Position numbers and translations under genes: made by a program. The notes beneath the pieces were generated by a model. The model ran no database searches. It saw only the letters and a list, made by a program, of their open reading frames with translations, and was not told the DNA's origin. This document shows positions 12,040 through 26,010 of a stretch of DNA of 64,000 nt, piece by piece; position 1 is the first letter of the stretch, and each line of letters starts with the position of its first letter. The stretch spans positions 30,876,001 to 30,940,000 of the forward strand of contig OZ336887.1 in assembly GCA_965287045.1 (NCBI GenBank), written 5' to 3'. This stretch comes from Carcharhinus amblyrhynchos (lineage: Eukaryota).

Positions 12040-15000
12040 CCAACAGAGTTAGTATCATAATTAATGTATTTGGTTATTTATGTTAATTTTAGTCAGTCTA
12101 ATAAATGGAGACATGGTAGATACCTCAGTCCCACAAAATGTGTATTCTGTTCCATGTGGGAACTCCAGGATGCTTCCCATGTCTTTGACAATCGCATGTG
12201 TAAGAAGTGGCATCAGCTGGAGAAGTTCAGGCCCCAGGTTTCAAAGCTGTAGCTGCAGCTGGCATCACTGCAATACATCTGGAGTCTGAGACTTCAATGA
12301 ATGTCAGGTTTTGGAAATGAATATCCCACAGCTCAACAGTACACAGACAGGGAGGGAATGAGTGACTGACTGTCAGACAGTTAAAGACAGCAAGGCAGGT
12401 AGTCCCCTGAGTGTAACTCTCCAACCGGTGTTCAGATTTGAATATTGATGAAGGCGATGGTTTATCTTGAACAAAGCCAAGTCCATGGCAACGTAGTTGG
12501 CACAGCAGTTCAAGACAGTCAGGAGGAAGATTAGAAAAGCAATTGTGATAGTGGATTCTATACTGAGGAGAACAAATAGTAATTTGAGGCATGACTCCAG
12601 CATGACATGTTACACCAGCTCGTTCCCCCTTAAGGAGGGAGGGTTTTAGATTCCTGCAACATTCAGATCTTTTTGGGGGAAGATGGACCTGTACGGACGT
12701 CAACTCAATAGAGTCAGGACCAATGTCCTCACAGGGAGGTTTGTTAGCTGTTGGGAAGGTGAATGAGGTTCAGGAGGAAGAATTCAAAAGGAAAAACAAG
12801 ATGCATAAAGAATTGGCAGAGGCAAATAACACTAAGATAAGAAATAATAAGATATTAAGTGCAACGAGAGTTGAAAGGAATACGGAAAGGTCTAAATTGG
12901 GTGTATAGTGGACTATACACTAGTATAGTCTGTCTATACTAAAGACTAGTAAATATGTTTTGTGGACCGCAGGTGCAAATAGCAGCTTGGGAATATGATT
13001 TTGTACCCATACTGGACACCTAGATCAAAAAGGGGCAGGAGAGACTACTAAATATTCCTGGATACAAGGTATTTAGGAAAGGTATGGAATGAAAGAAAGG
13101 AAGAGAATTGGTAATATTGATTAACTATTACAATGCTTGAGAGAAAAGAAGTCTTAGCAAGATCAAGGATAGAGTTAAGAAATATTACACCACTACACTA
13201 CGAAGTATATTCTATAAGACACTAACTGGGGGGGGGCAGACACAGAAGAGCAAGTTTGTAGAGAAATTGCTGAGAGGTGCAATAACTCTTACTAGAATTT
13301 GGGACTTAAATTATCCCAATGTTGAATGGGAAAATAACACAGTATGAAGGACAAAAATGGGGATGAATTTCTAAAGTATTTTCAGGAGGATTTTCTTGAT
13401 CACTGCATTTCTGGCCCAACGAGAAAGGTTGGATTCCATTTCTAGGGAATGAGCTGACTTGATTGGATCAAGTTCAGTTGGGGAATATTGAGGGAAGTGA
13501 TCATAATTTCTTTAGATTTAGATTAGCTAAAGAAAGCAATACAGAGTAAAAATAATTAATTGAGGACAGCTAATTTCAAAGGAATGAAAATTGATCTAAG
13601 AACATAAGAACATAAGAAATCGGAGCAGGAGTAGGCCATCTAGCCCTTCGAGCCTGCCCCGCCATTCAATAAGATCATGGCTGATCTGTCGTGGCTCAGT
13701 TCCACATTCCCGCCCTCTCCCCATAACCCTTAATCCCCTCGCTTATCAAAAACCCATCAACCCGCGTCTTAAAAATATTTAGCGAGGCAGCCTTCACCAC
13801 TTCAACGGGCAGAGAATTCCAGAGATTCACCACCCTTTGAGTGAAGAAGTTCCTCCTCAACTCCGTTCTAAACCGCCCCCCCTTTATTCTGAGGCTGTGC
13901 CCCCTAGTCCTACTGTCCTTTCTGAGCGGGAAGAGTCTCTCCACCTCTATCCTATCCATCCCATTCATCATCTTATACGTCTCAATGAGATCTCCCCTCA
14001 TTCTTCTAAACTCTAACGAGTACAAGCCTAGTTTATTCAGCCTCTCCTCATAGCTCAACCCCCTCAACTCCGGCATCAGCCTAGTAAACCTCCTCTGCAC
14101 TCCCTCCAAGGCCAAAATATCCTTGCGTAAGTGTGGCGACCAAAACTGCACACAATACTCCAGCTGCGGCCTCACCAATGCCCTATACAGCTGCAGCAAG
14201 ACCTCCCTACTTTTATATTCAATCCCCCTCGCTATGAAGACCAGCATCCCATTAGCCTTCCTGACCACCTGCTGCACCTGCAGGCTGGGTTTTTGCGACT
14301 CATGCACAAGGACCCCGAGGTCCCTCTGCACCGTCGCCTGCTGCAGTTTTTCGCCACGTAAGTAATAGTCCTTCCTACCATTATTCCTACCAAAGTGGAC
14401 CACCTCACACTTGCCAACATTAAATTCCATTTGCCAGTTCCTGGCCCATTCGCCCAGCCTATCTAGATCCTTCTGCAGACTCTCCACACCCTCCGCGCAA
14501 TTTGCCGTTCCACCAATCTTGGTGTCTTCAGCAAATTTCGACACCATACACTCAGTTCCCTCCTCCAGATCATCTATATAAATGGTAAATAGCTGAGGCC
14601 CCAGCACCGACCCCTGGGGCACTCCACTAGTCACCAACCACCAATCCGAATAGCACCCGTTAACCCCCACTCTCTGCCTCCTATTTGACAACCAGTCCTC
14701 TATCCACGCTAACACCCTACCCCCAATTCCATGCCCCCTTACCTTCTGCAATAACCTCTTGTGAGGTACCTTGTCAAACGCCTTCTGAAAGTCAAGAAAG
14801 ACCACATCCGCCGGCTCTCCTCTATCCACCACCCTAGACACATCCTCATAGAACTCCAATAAATTTGTCAGACACGACTTCCCCTTAATGAAACCGTGCT
14901 GTGTCTGCTCTATCAAGCAATTCCCCTCAAGATGCCTCGCTATTTCCTCCTTGATGACGGATTCTAACATTTTACCTACAACAGACGTTAAACTAACCGG

Positions 15001-16410
15001 CCTATAATTCCCTGCCTTTTGCCTGCCACCCTTCTTAAACAACGTTGTTTTAAGTAAATTGTAATTAAAGATTGCTGTCAAAATTATAATGGAACAATGG
15101 GCCTCCTTTGAAAAGGAGATGGTAAGGGACAGTCAAGGTAAACTTCCAAAAGAGGAAAATGTAGGGTCAGAGCCCTTTGGATGACAAAAAAAATGGAAAG
15201 GAGAGTAAGATGAACCAAAAAAAGGTTGAATATGACAGATAATATAGGTTAAAATCAGGCTGAATATGGGAAGTTCAGAGGGAAACAAGAAAAGGGGAAA
15301 GAAAGACAAAGATAGTATGAGAAGATCCTAGTAGCTAATACAAAAGGAAATCCAAAAATCTTCAAAAGACATATAAATAGTAAAAAGGTGATACTAAGAG
15401 CAGTAAGGCTGATTCGGGACCAAAAAGGAAATCATGCAAAGAGGCAAGGGCATGGCAGAGGCACTAAATGAATTCCATACAACTGTTTATGCCAAAAAAG
15501 ATGTTTCAAAGTTATAGTGAAAAAGGAGGTAATTGAGATACTAAAAATTGACAAAGAGGAGGTATCAGAAAGGATGAACTTGAAGTTGAGAAATCATCAG
15601 AACTGAATAGGATGCATCCAAAAATATTGAGAGGGGTTAGGGCAGAAAGTGAAGAGGCACTGGCCATAATCTTTCAATCCTCCTTAAACACATGGGTGGT
15701 GCTAGAGGACTGGAAAATTGAAAATGTTATATTTTTGTTCAAAATGCTCTAAGGATAAACCCAGCAGCTACAGGCCAGTCAGTTTAACCATGATGGTGGG
15801 AAAGCTCCTACAAACAATAATCTGGGACAAAATTAAGTCATTTGCACAAGTATGGATTAACCAACGAAAGCAAACATTGATTGGTTAAGGGAAAATCACG
15901 TTTAACTGACTTAATTTAGTTTTTGGTAAGCTAAGAGTGGTTTGATGAGGGTAACACTGTTGGTGTGGTGTACATGGGCTTCTAAAAATCAATGATTAAA
16001 TACTACTAAGTAGACCTGCCAGCAAAGTTGAGGTCCACGGACTATAAAGGTCTGTGACAAGATGGATATGAAGTTGGCTGAGTAGTAGGAAATAGGGAAC
16101 AGTGTAAATAGCTGCTTTTTCGACTAGAGAAAAGTATACAATCAGCTTCCCCAGGAACACTGCTTTCCTTAATATATATTACTAATATGGACTCGAATGT
16201 ACAGGGCACAATTTCAAAACTTTTATACGACATACATCTTGGAAGCATTGTGAATTTGAGGAGGATACAGATAAACTGCAACAGGTTATAGATAAGCTGA
16301 TGGAATTGACATTTGGCAGCTGAAATTTAATGCAGTGGACTTAAGTGGTACATTTTTGTATGAAGAATAAGGATAGACAAGCTAAAGGACACATTTCTAA
16401 AGTGGTCCAT
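12040..16410 (+). mobile_element. Old, near full-length degenerate CR1 LINE (ORF1 and ORF2 remnants), split by a younger CR1
   Basis: ORF1-like CSMWEL...CKKWHQLE. Endonuclease and RT remnants, including gaggactggaaaattgaaaatgtt and cagctacaggccagtcagtttaacc. Many stops. Confidence 0.75.
13598..15045 (-). mobile_element. Young 5'-truncated CR1 LINE with an uninterrupted RT frame (13696-15045)
   Basis: [34 protein letters not shown] and FAEDTK motifs; 3' (TTCTTATG)n tail; CpGs retained. Confidence 0.97.
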
Positions 16411-16849
16411 GGATTTGTTCTTTGGGTGTAAATGGCCCATGGGTTTTGTTTCAGAGTACCAGTGATCCCTGGCTTTGATCTCAGTGTAAATGGTTCCTGA
16501 ATTTGGTCTCAGAGAGTGCGTTTGCTATCCCATTCCAATCTATTCACTCACAAGCTGTTCATCTTTCAACCTTCCTACTTTTCTCCTTTGCCAGGTGAAG
16601 CCAGATTTCTTGGCCACAACCTCTTTCTTCCTTTTTCATTTCATTGTTCCACCTTTCAATGTCAGATTTAACTAATTATATTATTTTAAAGCACAGCTGA
16701 GGTCCTGTGACAAAGGAGTGGTTGGAAAGTCAGGCCACAAGAAAAGCCAGCTTTATCCAGTCTGAGCCTTCTGTTTTCATGATTGCAGGAGCAATCGGGA
16801 TATATTCACATTACCCAGCCAGCTTCGACCATATTTTTAACAGTCCTGA

Positions 16850-17350
16850 CTTAAAGGGAGCTTTACTCCATTTCTAACCCATATTGTACCTCTCTTGGAA
16901 GTGTTTAATGAAACAGCACTGTATATGGGGCTTTACTCCATGTCTAACCCATGTTGTACCTGTCTTGGAAATTTTGCTGAGACAGTGTAGAGGAAGCTTT
17001 ATTCTGTATCTAACTCATGTACCTGTCTTGAGCGCGTTTCCCGAGACAGTGTAGAGGGAGCTTTATTCCATACCTAACCAATGTTGTACCTGTCTTAGGA
17101 GTGTTTGATGATATAGTGTAGAGGGAGCTTTAATCTGTACTGGAATTTCTTTCCTCAAAAGATGATTGATTTAAGATCTTTGAATATCTTTAAGGTAGAA
17201 ATATATAAATTCTTGAAAAGCAAGAGGGTAGGGGCTTTTGGGGGTAGGCAAGAATGTGAAAATTAGATCAGCCATACTGTACCTGTCCTGACAGTATTTG
17301 ATGGGACAGTGGAGGGGAATCTTTACTCTATGTCTAACCTATGCTGCATC
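16850..17350 (-). repeat. ~68-bp tandem repeat, array 3, reverse orientation
   Basis: Repeated gagggagctttactctgtatctaaccc...gtacctg. A further short copy lies at about 26205-26300. Confidence 0.8.
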
Positions 17351-19149
17351 TGAGACAGTCCATGCTATATTTATCCGGATGCTGTCAAATTCCCCCAATC
17401 TGCCAATCACGAAGAAGTATTGTTTTGTAATCAGTAGGCGAGAGTTCCTATTCCCCAGAGGGCAAGTGGATCTGCTGGGATTTTCAGTGTCAGTCCAGAT
17501 GCACCGTTAGGGTTCTGGGATTTACTCAAAAAAGAGACTGAGAAAGCTTAATAATACTTTTTAATGGAAAATAGCCCCCAAACATTTGGCAAAAAAGGAG
17601 CGACAGGAGTGGTGCCTTTCAGCCTGCGGTATCTTACAGGAAATATTGGTCAAGTTTTGGCACGTAAATACAATTTATTTTGTTTATGTAAGAATTAGTG
17701 GGAAATATATTTAGTGGGAATGAATGACTGTATTTTGAGAAACTTTAAAATATTATTTGTCGCGGCTTTGAAAGTAAGGTCATTGGGTTTAGATCTAACT
17801 GGGAAAAACCGGCGATACTCGCAAAGCCCAACAGATCCTGACTCAAGCAGTTCAGCTCCTGAGCTCACGCAGCCCAGATCAGCTGGAGCCTCTCAAGCAA
17901 CCAAATCTTATGTATCTTCTTAAACTGATGTAACAGTGTCCAACTTCTGCTATCTGAATGAGCAATTGAATGGGAACTGGTAACAGTAAGCTGTGGAAAT
18001 ACACTTAAATCTGAACACATTAGCATAGTTTCAAAATTATCTGTTTGTTCTCCTTTCAATATAGTCACTGTCCCAGATACACCTGAAAGCATAGAAGCAG
18101 GAGGAGGAGTTCGTTCAGCCCCTCGAGCCTCTTCCATCACTCATTCAGATCACGGCAAAATTTGGTCATTTTGATTTAATTATCCCCTTTACTCCTAACC
18201 TCCAAAACTAATCAATCTCAATTAAACTATCAGTCACACAGTTCTATATATCAGTAACATCATTTCCAACCTTTTTTTCAAAAGACTTTTTAAAAATGTT
18301 TTCTTGATTGTCCACTCTACGTTTTGGTAATTTCTGGATTTGCGGTCCTAAATCTCTGAATTCATCCATAATTCCTAGCTTCCTCATTTGAGAAAATATT
18401 CCGATCCATCTTTCTTCAGGTCCAAGCTGGGTGGCCTCATACTTTCCCACATTCAGCACTATCTGCCGCAATCTTGTCCACTCACCTTTTGTATTAATTT
18501 CATTTTCGGCTCCCATCTAAACTACTCGTTGTGCCACTTGTACTTTATAAACGTTCACCATAACCTGCTTGTTTTTGTACTCCATACCACTAATTTATAA
18601 AACTCAGGATCCTGTATATCTATTAAATGTTTTCTCATCTTACCTTGAACAAATAAGCAAACTTAAATATATATAGCCCTTAATTCCTTCATCCTAGTCA
18701 TTTCTAAATATAGTGAAAAGCTGAGGCTTTAGTACAAATCCCCGACGAACACAACCAGTCACATCCTGCAATTGGAGAGAATACCCATATTATCATGACT
18801 CTCTTTATCCTAGCTCCCTATCAAAGCCAATGTGTTGCTTCCAATTCCAAGTGCTTTCATAGAATGCTGACAATACAGCTCTCTGCAAGAACAACTCAAC
18901 TAGTACGCACTCTCCCATCCCCACAGCCAATATTTTTTTTCCTAGTCAGGCACTTATCAAATTCCCTTTGAATTCCACGATTGTGTCAGCTTCACCACCC
19001 TCAGGTTGTGCATTACAGATTCTGATCACTTATTGCATAAAAGAAAATCCTTAGGTCACCATAGGTTCTTTTGCCAATGAACATCCTCTGATTCTTGATG
19101 CTTCTACCAATGGGAACAGTTTCTCTACTCTATGCAGACCTCTCAGCAT

Positions 19150-19492
19150 GAGGTCCACACAGTGATTAGCATTGCTAACTCACAGAGCCAGGGACCCAGG
19201 TTTGATTCTGGCCTTGGGTGATTGTGTGGAGTTTGCACATTCTCCTCCTGTGTCTGAGTGGATTTCCTCTGGATGCACTGGTTTCATCCTGCAGGCCAAA
19301 AATGTGCAGATCAGTTGCACTGGCCGTGCTAAATTGCTTCTTAGTCTCCGAAGATGTGTAGGTTAAGTGGGTTGGCTATGATCAATGCGCAGGATTATGG
19401 GTAGTAGGTCAAGGTAGAGTGTTCTTTCAGAGGATCAGTGTAGATTTAATGAGCCAAATGTTATCCTTCTGCATTGTAGGGATGCTATGATG
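19150..19492 (+). mobile_element. HE1-like V-SINE
   Basis: tRNA-like head (cagtgattagcattgct...gggacccaggtttgattc), V-domain (tgtgtggagtttgcacattctcc) and LINE-like tail. Confidence 0.8.
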
Positions 19493-20097
19493 ATTTTCAA
19501 CTTCCACTGTCAAATCTCTTTGAACCTTCTTTTCTCTAAGGACAACAACCTCAGCTTCTCCAAGCTATCCATCTAACAAAAATCCCTCTTCCTTGAAACC
19601 ACGCTTAAATATTTTCTGCAATCTCTCTATTCCTTCACATCCTTCCTAAACTATTGTATCCGGAGTCAAGCACAATACTCCAGTTGAGGCTGACCTGGTG
19701 TTTTATAAATGTTCACCATAATCTCCTTGTTTTTGCACTCAACTCTAATTTATACAGTATAGGATCCTGCCTATCTATTAAATGCTTTTTCAATTCACTT
19801 TCAATAACTATGCATACGTACCCCCAGGTCTCTCTATTCTTGCATCCTCTTCACAATTGAACTCATTATCTTGCCTCTACTCATTCTTCCAATCAAAATG
19901 TATAATTTCACACTTCTCTGCGTTGACTGTTATCAGCCACCTGTTCTACTCCCCTGTCAATATACTCCTGATGTCTATTACTATCCTCTTCACAGTTCTG
20001 AGTTTTGTCATCAACAAATTTTGCATTTATGCCTTTAAACCCAAGTCTAGATCATTAATATATAAGAAAAATAGTGGCCCCTGGTCCTAATACTGAC

Positions 20098-20204
20098 GAT
20101 GTGGAGATGCCAGCATTGGACTGGGGTAAACACAGTAAGAAGTCTCACAACACCAGCTTAAAGTCCAACCAGTTTATTTGATAGCTCAATGATAGCTTAT
20201 TTAA
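20098..20204. mobile_element. Short Penelope-like terminal insert with 16-bp TSD
   Basis: Same terminus; tggtcctaatactgac at 20082-20097 and 20205-20220. Confidence 0.75.
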
Positions 20205-20977
20205 TGGTCCTAATACTGACCCCAAGGGATCCCAATTTTATACCTTCCTTTAGCCTGTAAAATAACCATTAACCACTACACCCTATTTCCGGAAACTTCA
20301 TATCTATGTCACCATTGTTCCTTTAATTCCATAGGCTGCAACATTGCTAATATGTACAATATGTAGCACTTTCTCAGAAATCCATGTACACCACATCAAA
20401 TGTATTAACTCATTGACCCTCTCAGGTACCTCATCAAGTTAGTTAAGCAAAATTTCCCTTTAACAAATCTGTGCTTGCTTTCCTTAATTAATCCACACTT
20501 GTCCAACTGCTAATTTTGTCCTGGATTATACTTTCTACATCTTTCCCACCACCAAGGTTAAACTTAATGACCTTTGGATCTTGGATCTATGCTTACATCC
20601 TTTCTGAACATGAGTGTTAACACATTTTCAATTTTTCAGTCCTTGACCACCACCCCGTATCTACAGAGGATTAGTATCCTTGGAGGCAGCTGATCTGATC
20701 CTGGTTACTTATCAACTCTCAGCACATCCATCTTTTATAATACTTATCTTTATACTAATCCTTATCAATTTTTTAGCCTTCTTCTTTCACAATGACCTTG
20801 GTAAAGACAGATACAAAGTATTCATTTATTTCTGCCATGCCTCTGTCTCCTTGTGCACACTTTCTTTTTTTCCTTAATTATTTGATAGGGTGTAGCAAGG
20901 GAAGCATTTGTTGCTCATCCCTAATTTAAACTGAGGCCATTTCAGAATCAGTCACATTTCTGGGGTAAAGATGGCAG

Positions 20978-21256
20978 ACTTAGTTTAAGTTTATTTACTA
21001 GTGTCACAAGAAGGTTTACATTAACACTGTCACTGTGAAAATCCCCTATTTACCACACTCTGGTGCCTGTTCAGGTACACTGAGGGAGAATTTAGCATAG
21101 CCAATGCACCTAATCAACATACCTTTTGGAATGTGGGAGGAAACTGGAGCACCCACGCAGACATGGGGAGAACATGCAGACTCTGCACATACAGTGACCA
21201 AAATCAAACCTGGGTCCCTGGCGCTGTAAAGCAGCAGCACTAACCACTGTGTCACT
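20978..21256 (-). mobile_element. V-SINE, tRNA-derived, aataaacttaaact-tailed family
   Basis: Reverse complement shows A/B boxes (cagtggttagtgctg, ccaggtttgatt), V-domain and a tail shared with the other copies. Confidence 0.85.
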
Positions 21257-21792
21257 TGCTTCCATAAAAGACATTAATGAATCAGCTGGAACAAACCAAT
21301 GATTGTTGGTTTTGTCTCTATTACTGAGACTAACTATGTATTCTAGATTTATTAATATAATTCCCACCAACTGCTGTGGTGGGATTTGAACCCTGTCCCC
21401 AGAGTGCTTGCCTGGTATTTTAGATTACTAGCCCAGCGGCATTACCATAATACCACTGTCTCCCCCTGTCTGATTCCTCATCTTACCTCCCTTTTACTAA
21501 TTATATGCATATAGAAAAGCTTTTGTTACTCTTTTATGGATATATTATGTTCGCTGCCAGTGTCTGCTCATATTCTCTTGTTGCATCTCCTACTCCCTTT
21601 TCACTTCCCCTCTGACCTTTCTATATATGTTTCTTACTTATATTATCAACCTTACATCTGTCATTCACTCTTTTTCTACTGCCCTTTATATCTCTTTCAT
21701 CATCCAAGGAGTTATAGATTTGGTTACCTCTTGGGAATATATCTCTATGTAAACTATTTCCTTTTTAAAGACAGACTATTACTCCTTTACAG

Positions 21793-22952
21793 TGTTAGGG
21801 ACGAGATCAAAAACTTCTAGGTGTATTAGCATAAACTCCAACTGTTTTTGATTTTGGCATTAACGTGAACATAAGGTGTTTCACTCCAGGTGTGGTTCTA
21901 TAGACCCATTGGGAAGTTTTTTGTAAAACAAGTTTATTAAACAATACAGTTTAACTATAATCAAAAGGAAATAGCATAACTTCTGTCAATTGAAATACTT
22001 AAACATGACAATTTAAGCAATATTCTCATAGATTTAAACTTCAGATTCAATTAGCAAAAATAACACAGATTTTTGTGATTTGTCAGTCTTCAAGCCTTTT
22101 GACACCTCTGGACAGACGTACAGAGGGACACCTGTCTTCTGACTTTCTGACAGCAGAACTCCAGAGACAGACCTTCTTCTGACAGCAGAACTCCAGAGAC
22201 AGACCTTCGTCAAACAGCAGAACTCCAGAGAGAGAGGGAGAAAACACGTCACCTTTTGCAGACCTCTGGAGAGATACCTAATTTTCTAACAGGTCCCACG
22301 CTTCAAATTCAGACAGAGAGAAAGAGCAAATTCAAACAGCAACTACCTGCCTGTCTCTCAGGAAGCCTAGCTCCACCCATTCACATGATTTTTCTTGTCA
22401 AGCAGCCTCATTCGACTCTACTCTGAAACATCAGGACAACCCAAAAGTAACAAAATTGCATTAACTCAGATTAAAGCAAACACCTCAATAATTAAGAGCA
22501 ATTAATCTTCTGCATGCTCAGGCTGCTGGTTGAAACAATCGGCACCACAATCACAGCAGCAGTGTAAAACAGCCCCTCATCAGAAACGTGGTACTAATAC
22601 ATTTTTTAAAGTTTTAAGTTTTGAAGTTCAAGTTTATTTATTAGTGTCACAAGTAAGCTTACATTTAACACTGCAATGAAATCACTGTGGAAACCCCTAG
22701 GTGCCACATTCCGGTGCCTGTTCAAGTACACTGAGGGAGAATTTAGCATGGCAAATGCACCTAACTAATACAGCTTTTGGACTATGGGGGGAAACTGGAG
22801 CACCCGGAGGAACCCATGCAGACATGGGGAGAACGTGCAGACTCCGTGCAGACAGTGACCCAAGCTGGGAATTGAACCTGGGTCCCTGGCGCTGTGGGGC
22901 AGCAATGCTAACTACTGTGCCACCGGTTTCTTAAAGGCACAGTATCATCACA
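21793..22952. mobile_element. Solo LTR with a nested V-SINE (about 22610-22925)
   Basis: Starts TGTTAGG, ends TCACA, and is flanked by a 4-bp TSD ACAG on both sides. Internal triplication of acagcagaactccagaga. Related copy at 59300. Confidence 0.8.
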
Positions 22953-25829
22953 ACAGTCTGCCTGTTAATTCCAATTTACATGGGCCAGATCCATTCAGTT
23001 CCCACTGAAATTGACACTCCAAGTAATTATGTTTAATTTGGATTGCTCCCTTTTTCTATTGCAGTTTTTATCTAAACCTTATGGTACTATGATAATGGCC
23101 CCTTAAATGTTACCCTACTGACACTCAACCGACTTGACTAACTTTATTTCCCAGAAATAGATCGAGCAATGTATTTTTGTTGGACTGGAAATATATAGGT
23201 GAATAATATTTTTCTGAACACATTTCAGAATGTCTTCCCCCTTCTGCCCTTTACACTATTACATCTATGTTTAGGTAATGAAAATCCCCCTTTATATCTA
23301 CTTTGTAGTTATTGTTCTCCTAAGTAACTTCTCTACAGATTTGTTCCTCTATATTTTTCATTTTTGCTATCAGTCTCTTATATGAAACCTTGTCAAATAT
23401 CTTCTGGAAATCCATATGCAAAACATCTATAGACATGTTAATTATCTCTTCAAAATGTAATATTATTCATTAGCCTCACCCATTGCAAGTTTATGTTAGT
23501 TTTCTCTGATCAGATTATGTTCATCCAAATGCTAAAATATAGTTCCTAAACCCAGGGATTCTTTACAAATATAGTCTTGTCCATAGGAATCTCCTGTAAA
23601 CATGGATACAGTCCCAGGTTTCCCTGTCTTAATTTCCCAAAGACATACCAGCTTCCCAAAGGTAAATAGTGCTAGCACTGGAGTTATAATAAGCTAGGAA
23701 AGTTAACAGAACATGACCATGGGGACTGTCCTCCTAAGGCCCTCTCCACCATTTCCCTTTCTTCCCATCACTCCTTCCCCCAGCCGAGAATCTCAAAAGC
23801 ATGGTGGCCTCAGTTTAAAACCTATGAATTCAGCACAAAAATGTGAAAAGATCAGATGTTTAGTGGCGTAATACTTTTCAAATTCATACCGCTGAGAGAA
23901 ATCAGGAAGAAACCCTGATTCTCTTAACGGAAGTATAGATCATTCACTCAGGTTTACTCAAATTATGACCATTTCTGGAACTGCAGCACAGTGAAGCAGA
24001 ATTGTTGTTAAGCGAAATGGCCACTTTGTCGTAACATGTGCCTGCCAAAATAAGTTGCCAAAGTAGCTTTCACTGTAAATGCCACTCAGGCCATCATTGA
24101 TCTCCACCACCCCCCTCCTCCCTTCACCCAATACATACATTGAATCCAGCAGGACTCTCTCAGGAGCCCCATGTGGCCTGTTCAGTCTGGTCAATCAGGT
24201 CCTCCCAATTTTGATGTCGGACACGAGTACAAATGGGCCAAATGAGACAGGAATAGAGAGGTGTGTCCTTGACAGCAACAGCATGATGTAAATGGAGTGC
24301 AGAGAGGGATAGAATGCAATGAGGGAGGACCCACCCCCTTTTTACAGCACTAGCTGCCATGAAACAGGTATTCAAACGGAATAATGAAAGGGGGAACATA
24401 AGTTTCACAAATAGGTGTTGATGGGATTCAGACATTGGATGAGGGGCTGGAGTCAGACAGGAGAGGGGGGCACTGGATTTGAACCAAGGGTGGGATGGTC
24501 AGACCAGGCCCTGGGGTGCAGGGGAGAGGGCGTGGGTATATGGTTGGGGGGGAAACGGTGGGGGGCTGGGGTGAGCCTCTAGTGTTGGGTTGGGCCAGGT
24601 CATATGGTCAAATAGCAGGGGGTTGTCTGATGTCAGGTTGGGCCGATTTGAGTGGGCGGGCTCGTTATTGGGTCAGGCAGTGCTCAGCTCAGATCGGGAG
24701 TGGCAGTGGTGTAGGGACTCCTCTGAGAGATCAGATGTGAGTTGTGTCCCATGCATGGCTTGGTTTCGTCTTTAAAATAGTTACTCTGAAGTTAGAAGTG
24801 CTTTTTCGCCTTTCTAACTCTTGCAGAGTAAATATGAGGGTAAAACTGGAAGAAACATCCAAATTTGGCAATTTACATCACTTTGTCATATAGTTCCCAA
24901 CCCAGTGCAATTGTCACTTCACCTGATGAAGGAGCAGCACTCAGAAAGCTGTTGCACTATGACCTGGTGTCATGTGACCTCTTATAATGTCAAGGGAAAG
25001 TTAGCCCTTGTGGACAATTGCCAGGTAAACCGTTACATGGGAACATCATAGAGGACTCCCCAGCATATCATCGGTGTACCCACCAAATGTGACACTGGGG
25101 AGCCAGGAAATTATGGCCCAATTCTGTTTGCATTGACAGGTCAGTGTGTTAATTGAGTGACTTTGCACTGCTTAACAAGCGCACATTTATACACAAAGCC
25201 CTAATAGTGACAGAGCTACACATAATCTTTCAGATATATGGCTAGATAAACAGCAGAACCAGAGTTGGCAGCATCGTTTGATGACCACTGGCAGCAGTGT
25301 GACTGGTTGTGAGTTATCATATTGAGACTTCCACTTCTCTCCTTCAATATTTTCTTGCTGATGACTGTATTAAACTGGATATAATAAATTAGATTGCTGC
25401 AAAATATCGATTGATGTCTACACCACATGAATTTCAGCGGTTTAAGAAGATGGCTCACCATATCTTTCTCAAGGGAAAAAGCTGAACATGCCAACAACAT
25501 TCACATCCTGTAAATGAAAAAGACCAATTAGAACCAAGTTTTATGCAACGATAAATATTGGTTGGTCAATATCTGTTAGTTGAATCAGGAATTGCCATTT
25601 GCCTAGTAATTATAAAATGGGCTGGCAGCTAGTAAATGAGCTGATGATATTAATTGAACTGATTACTGTGATACAGTTAAACTGGGGCAATGTTTACCTA
25701 CATCAAACCTGGTCGCTTCTAACCCTGAAAATGTTTTGAGCTGAAAATTAAATGACGCAGCCGAACATTAAATCCAAATATCCAGCCTATTCAATAGGCC
25801 AACTTATACCATGTGACTATCTGAAATTA

Positions 25830-26010
25830 TGATGTGGATATGCCGGCGTTGGACTGGGGTAAACACAGTAAAAAGTCTGACAACACCATATGCTCTGTCT
25901 GAGGCCAGAACTCTCCATTCACCTGACGAAGGGGCTAACCCGAAAGCTAGTGAGTTTACTATCAAATAAATCGGTTGGACTGAAACCTGGTGTTGTCAGA
26001 CTTTTTACTG
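25830..26010 (+). mobile_element. Penelope-like terminal insert with inverted ends and a hammerhead motif
   Basis: Same terminus, with an inverted copy at its 3' end; flanks duplicate act(a/g)tctgaaatta. Confidence 0.7.
25918..25954 (+). ncRNA. Minimal type I hammerhead ribozyme motif
   Basis: UUCAC-CUGACGA-A-GGG(GCUAA)CCC-GAAA-GC-U-A/GUGAG: stem I, intact core, stem II and a palindromic AGCU in place of stem III. Confidence 0.65.

Larger units (their letters stand above)
18085..21790 (-). mobile_element. Several old degenerate CR1 fragments with nested SINEs
   Basis: Reverse-strand CR1 signatures (caatactccagttgaggctgacc, ccatgtacaccacatcaa) with 3' tails near 18085 and 18860. Confidence 0.65.
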
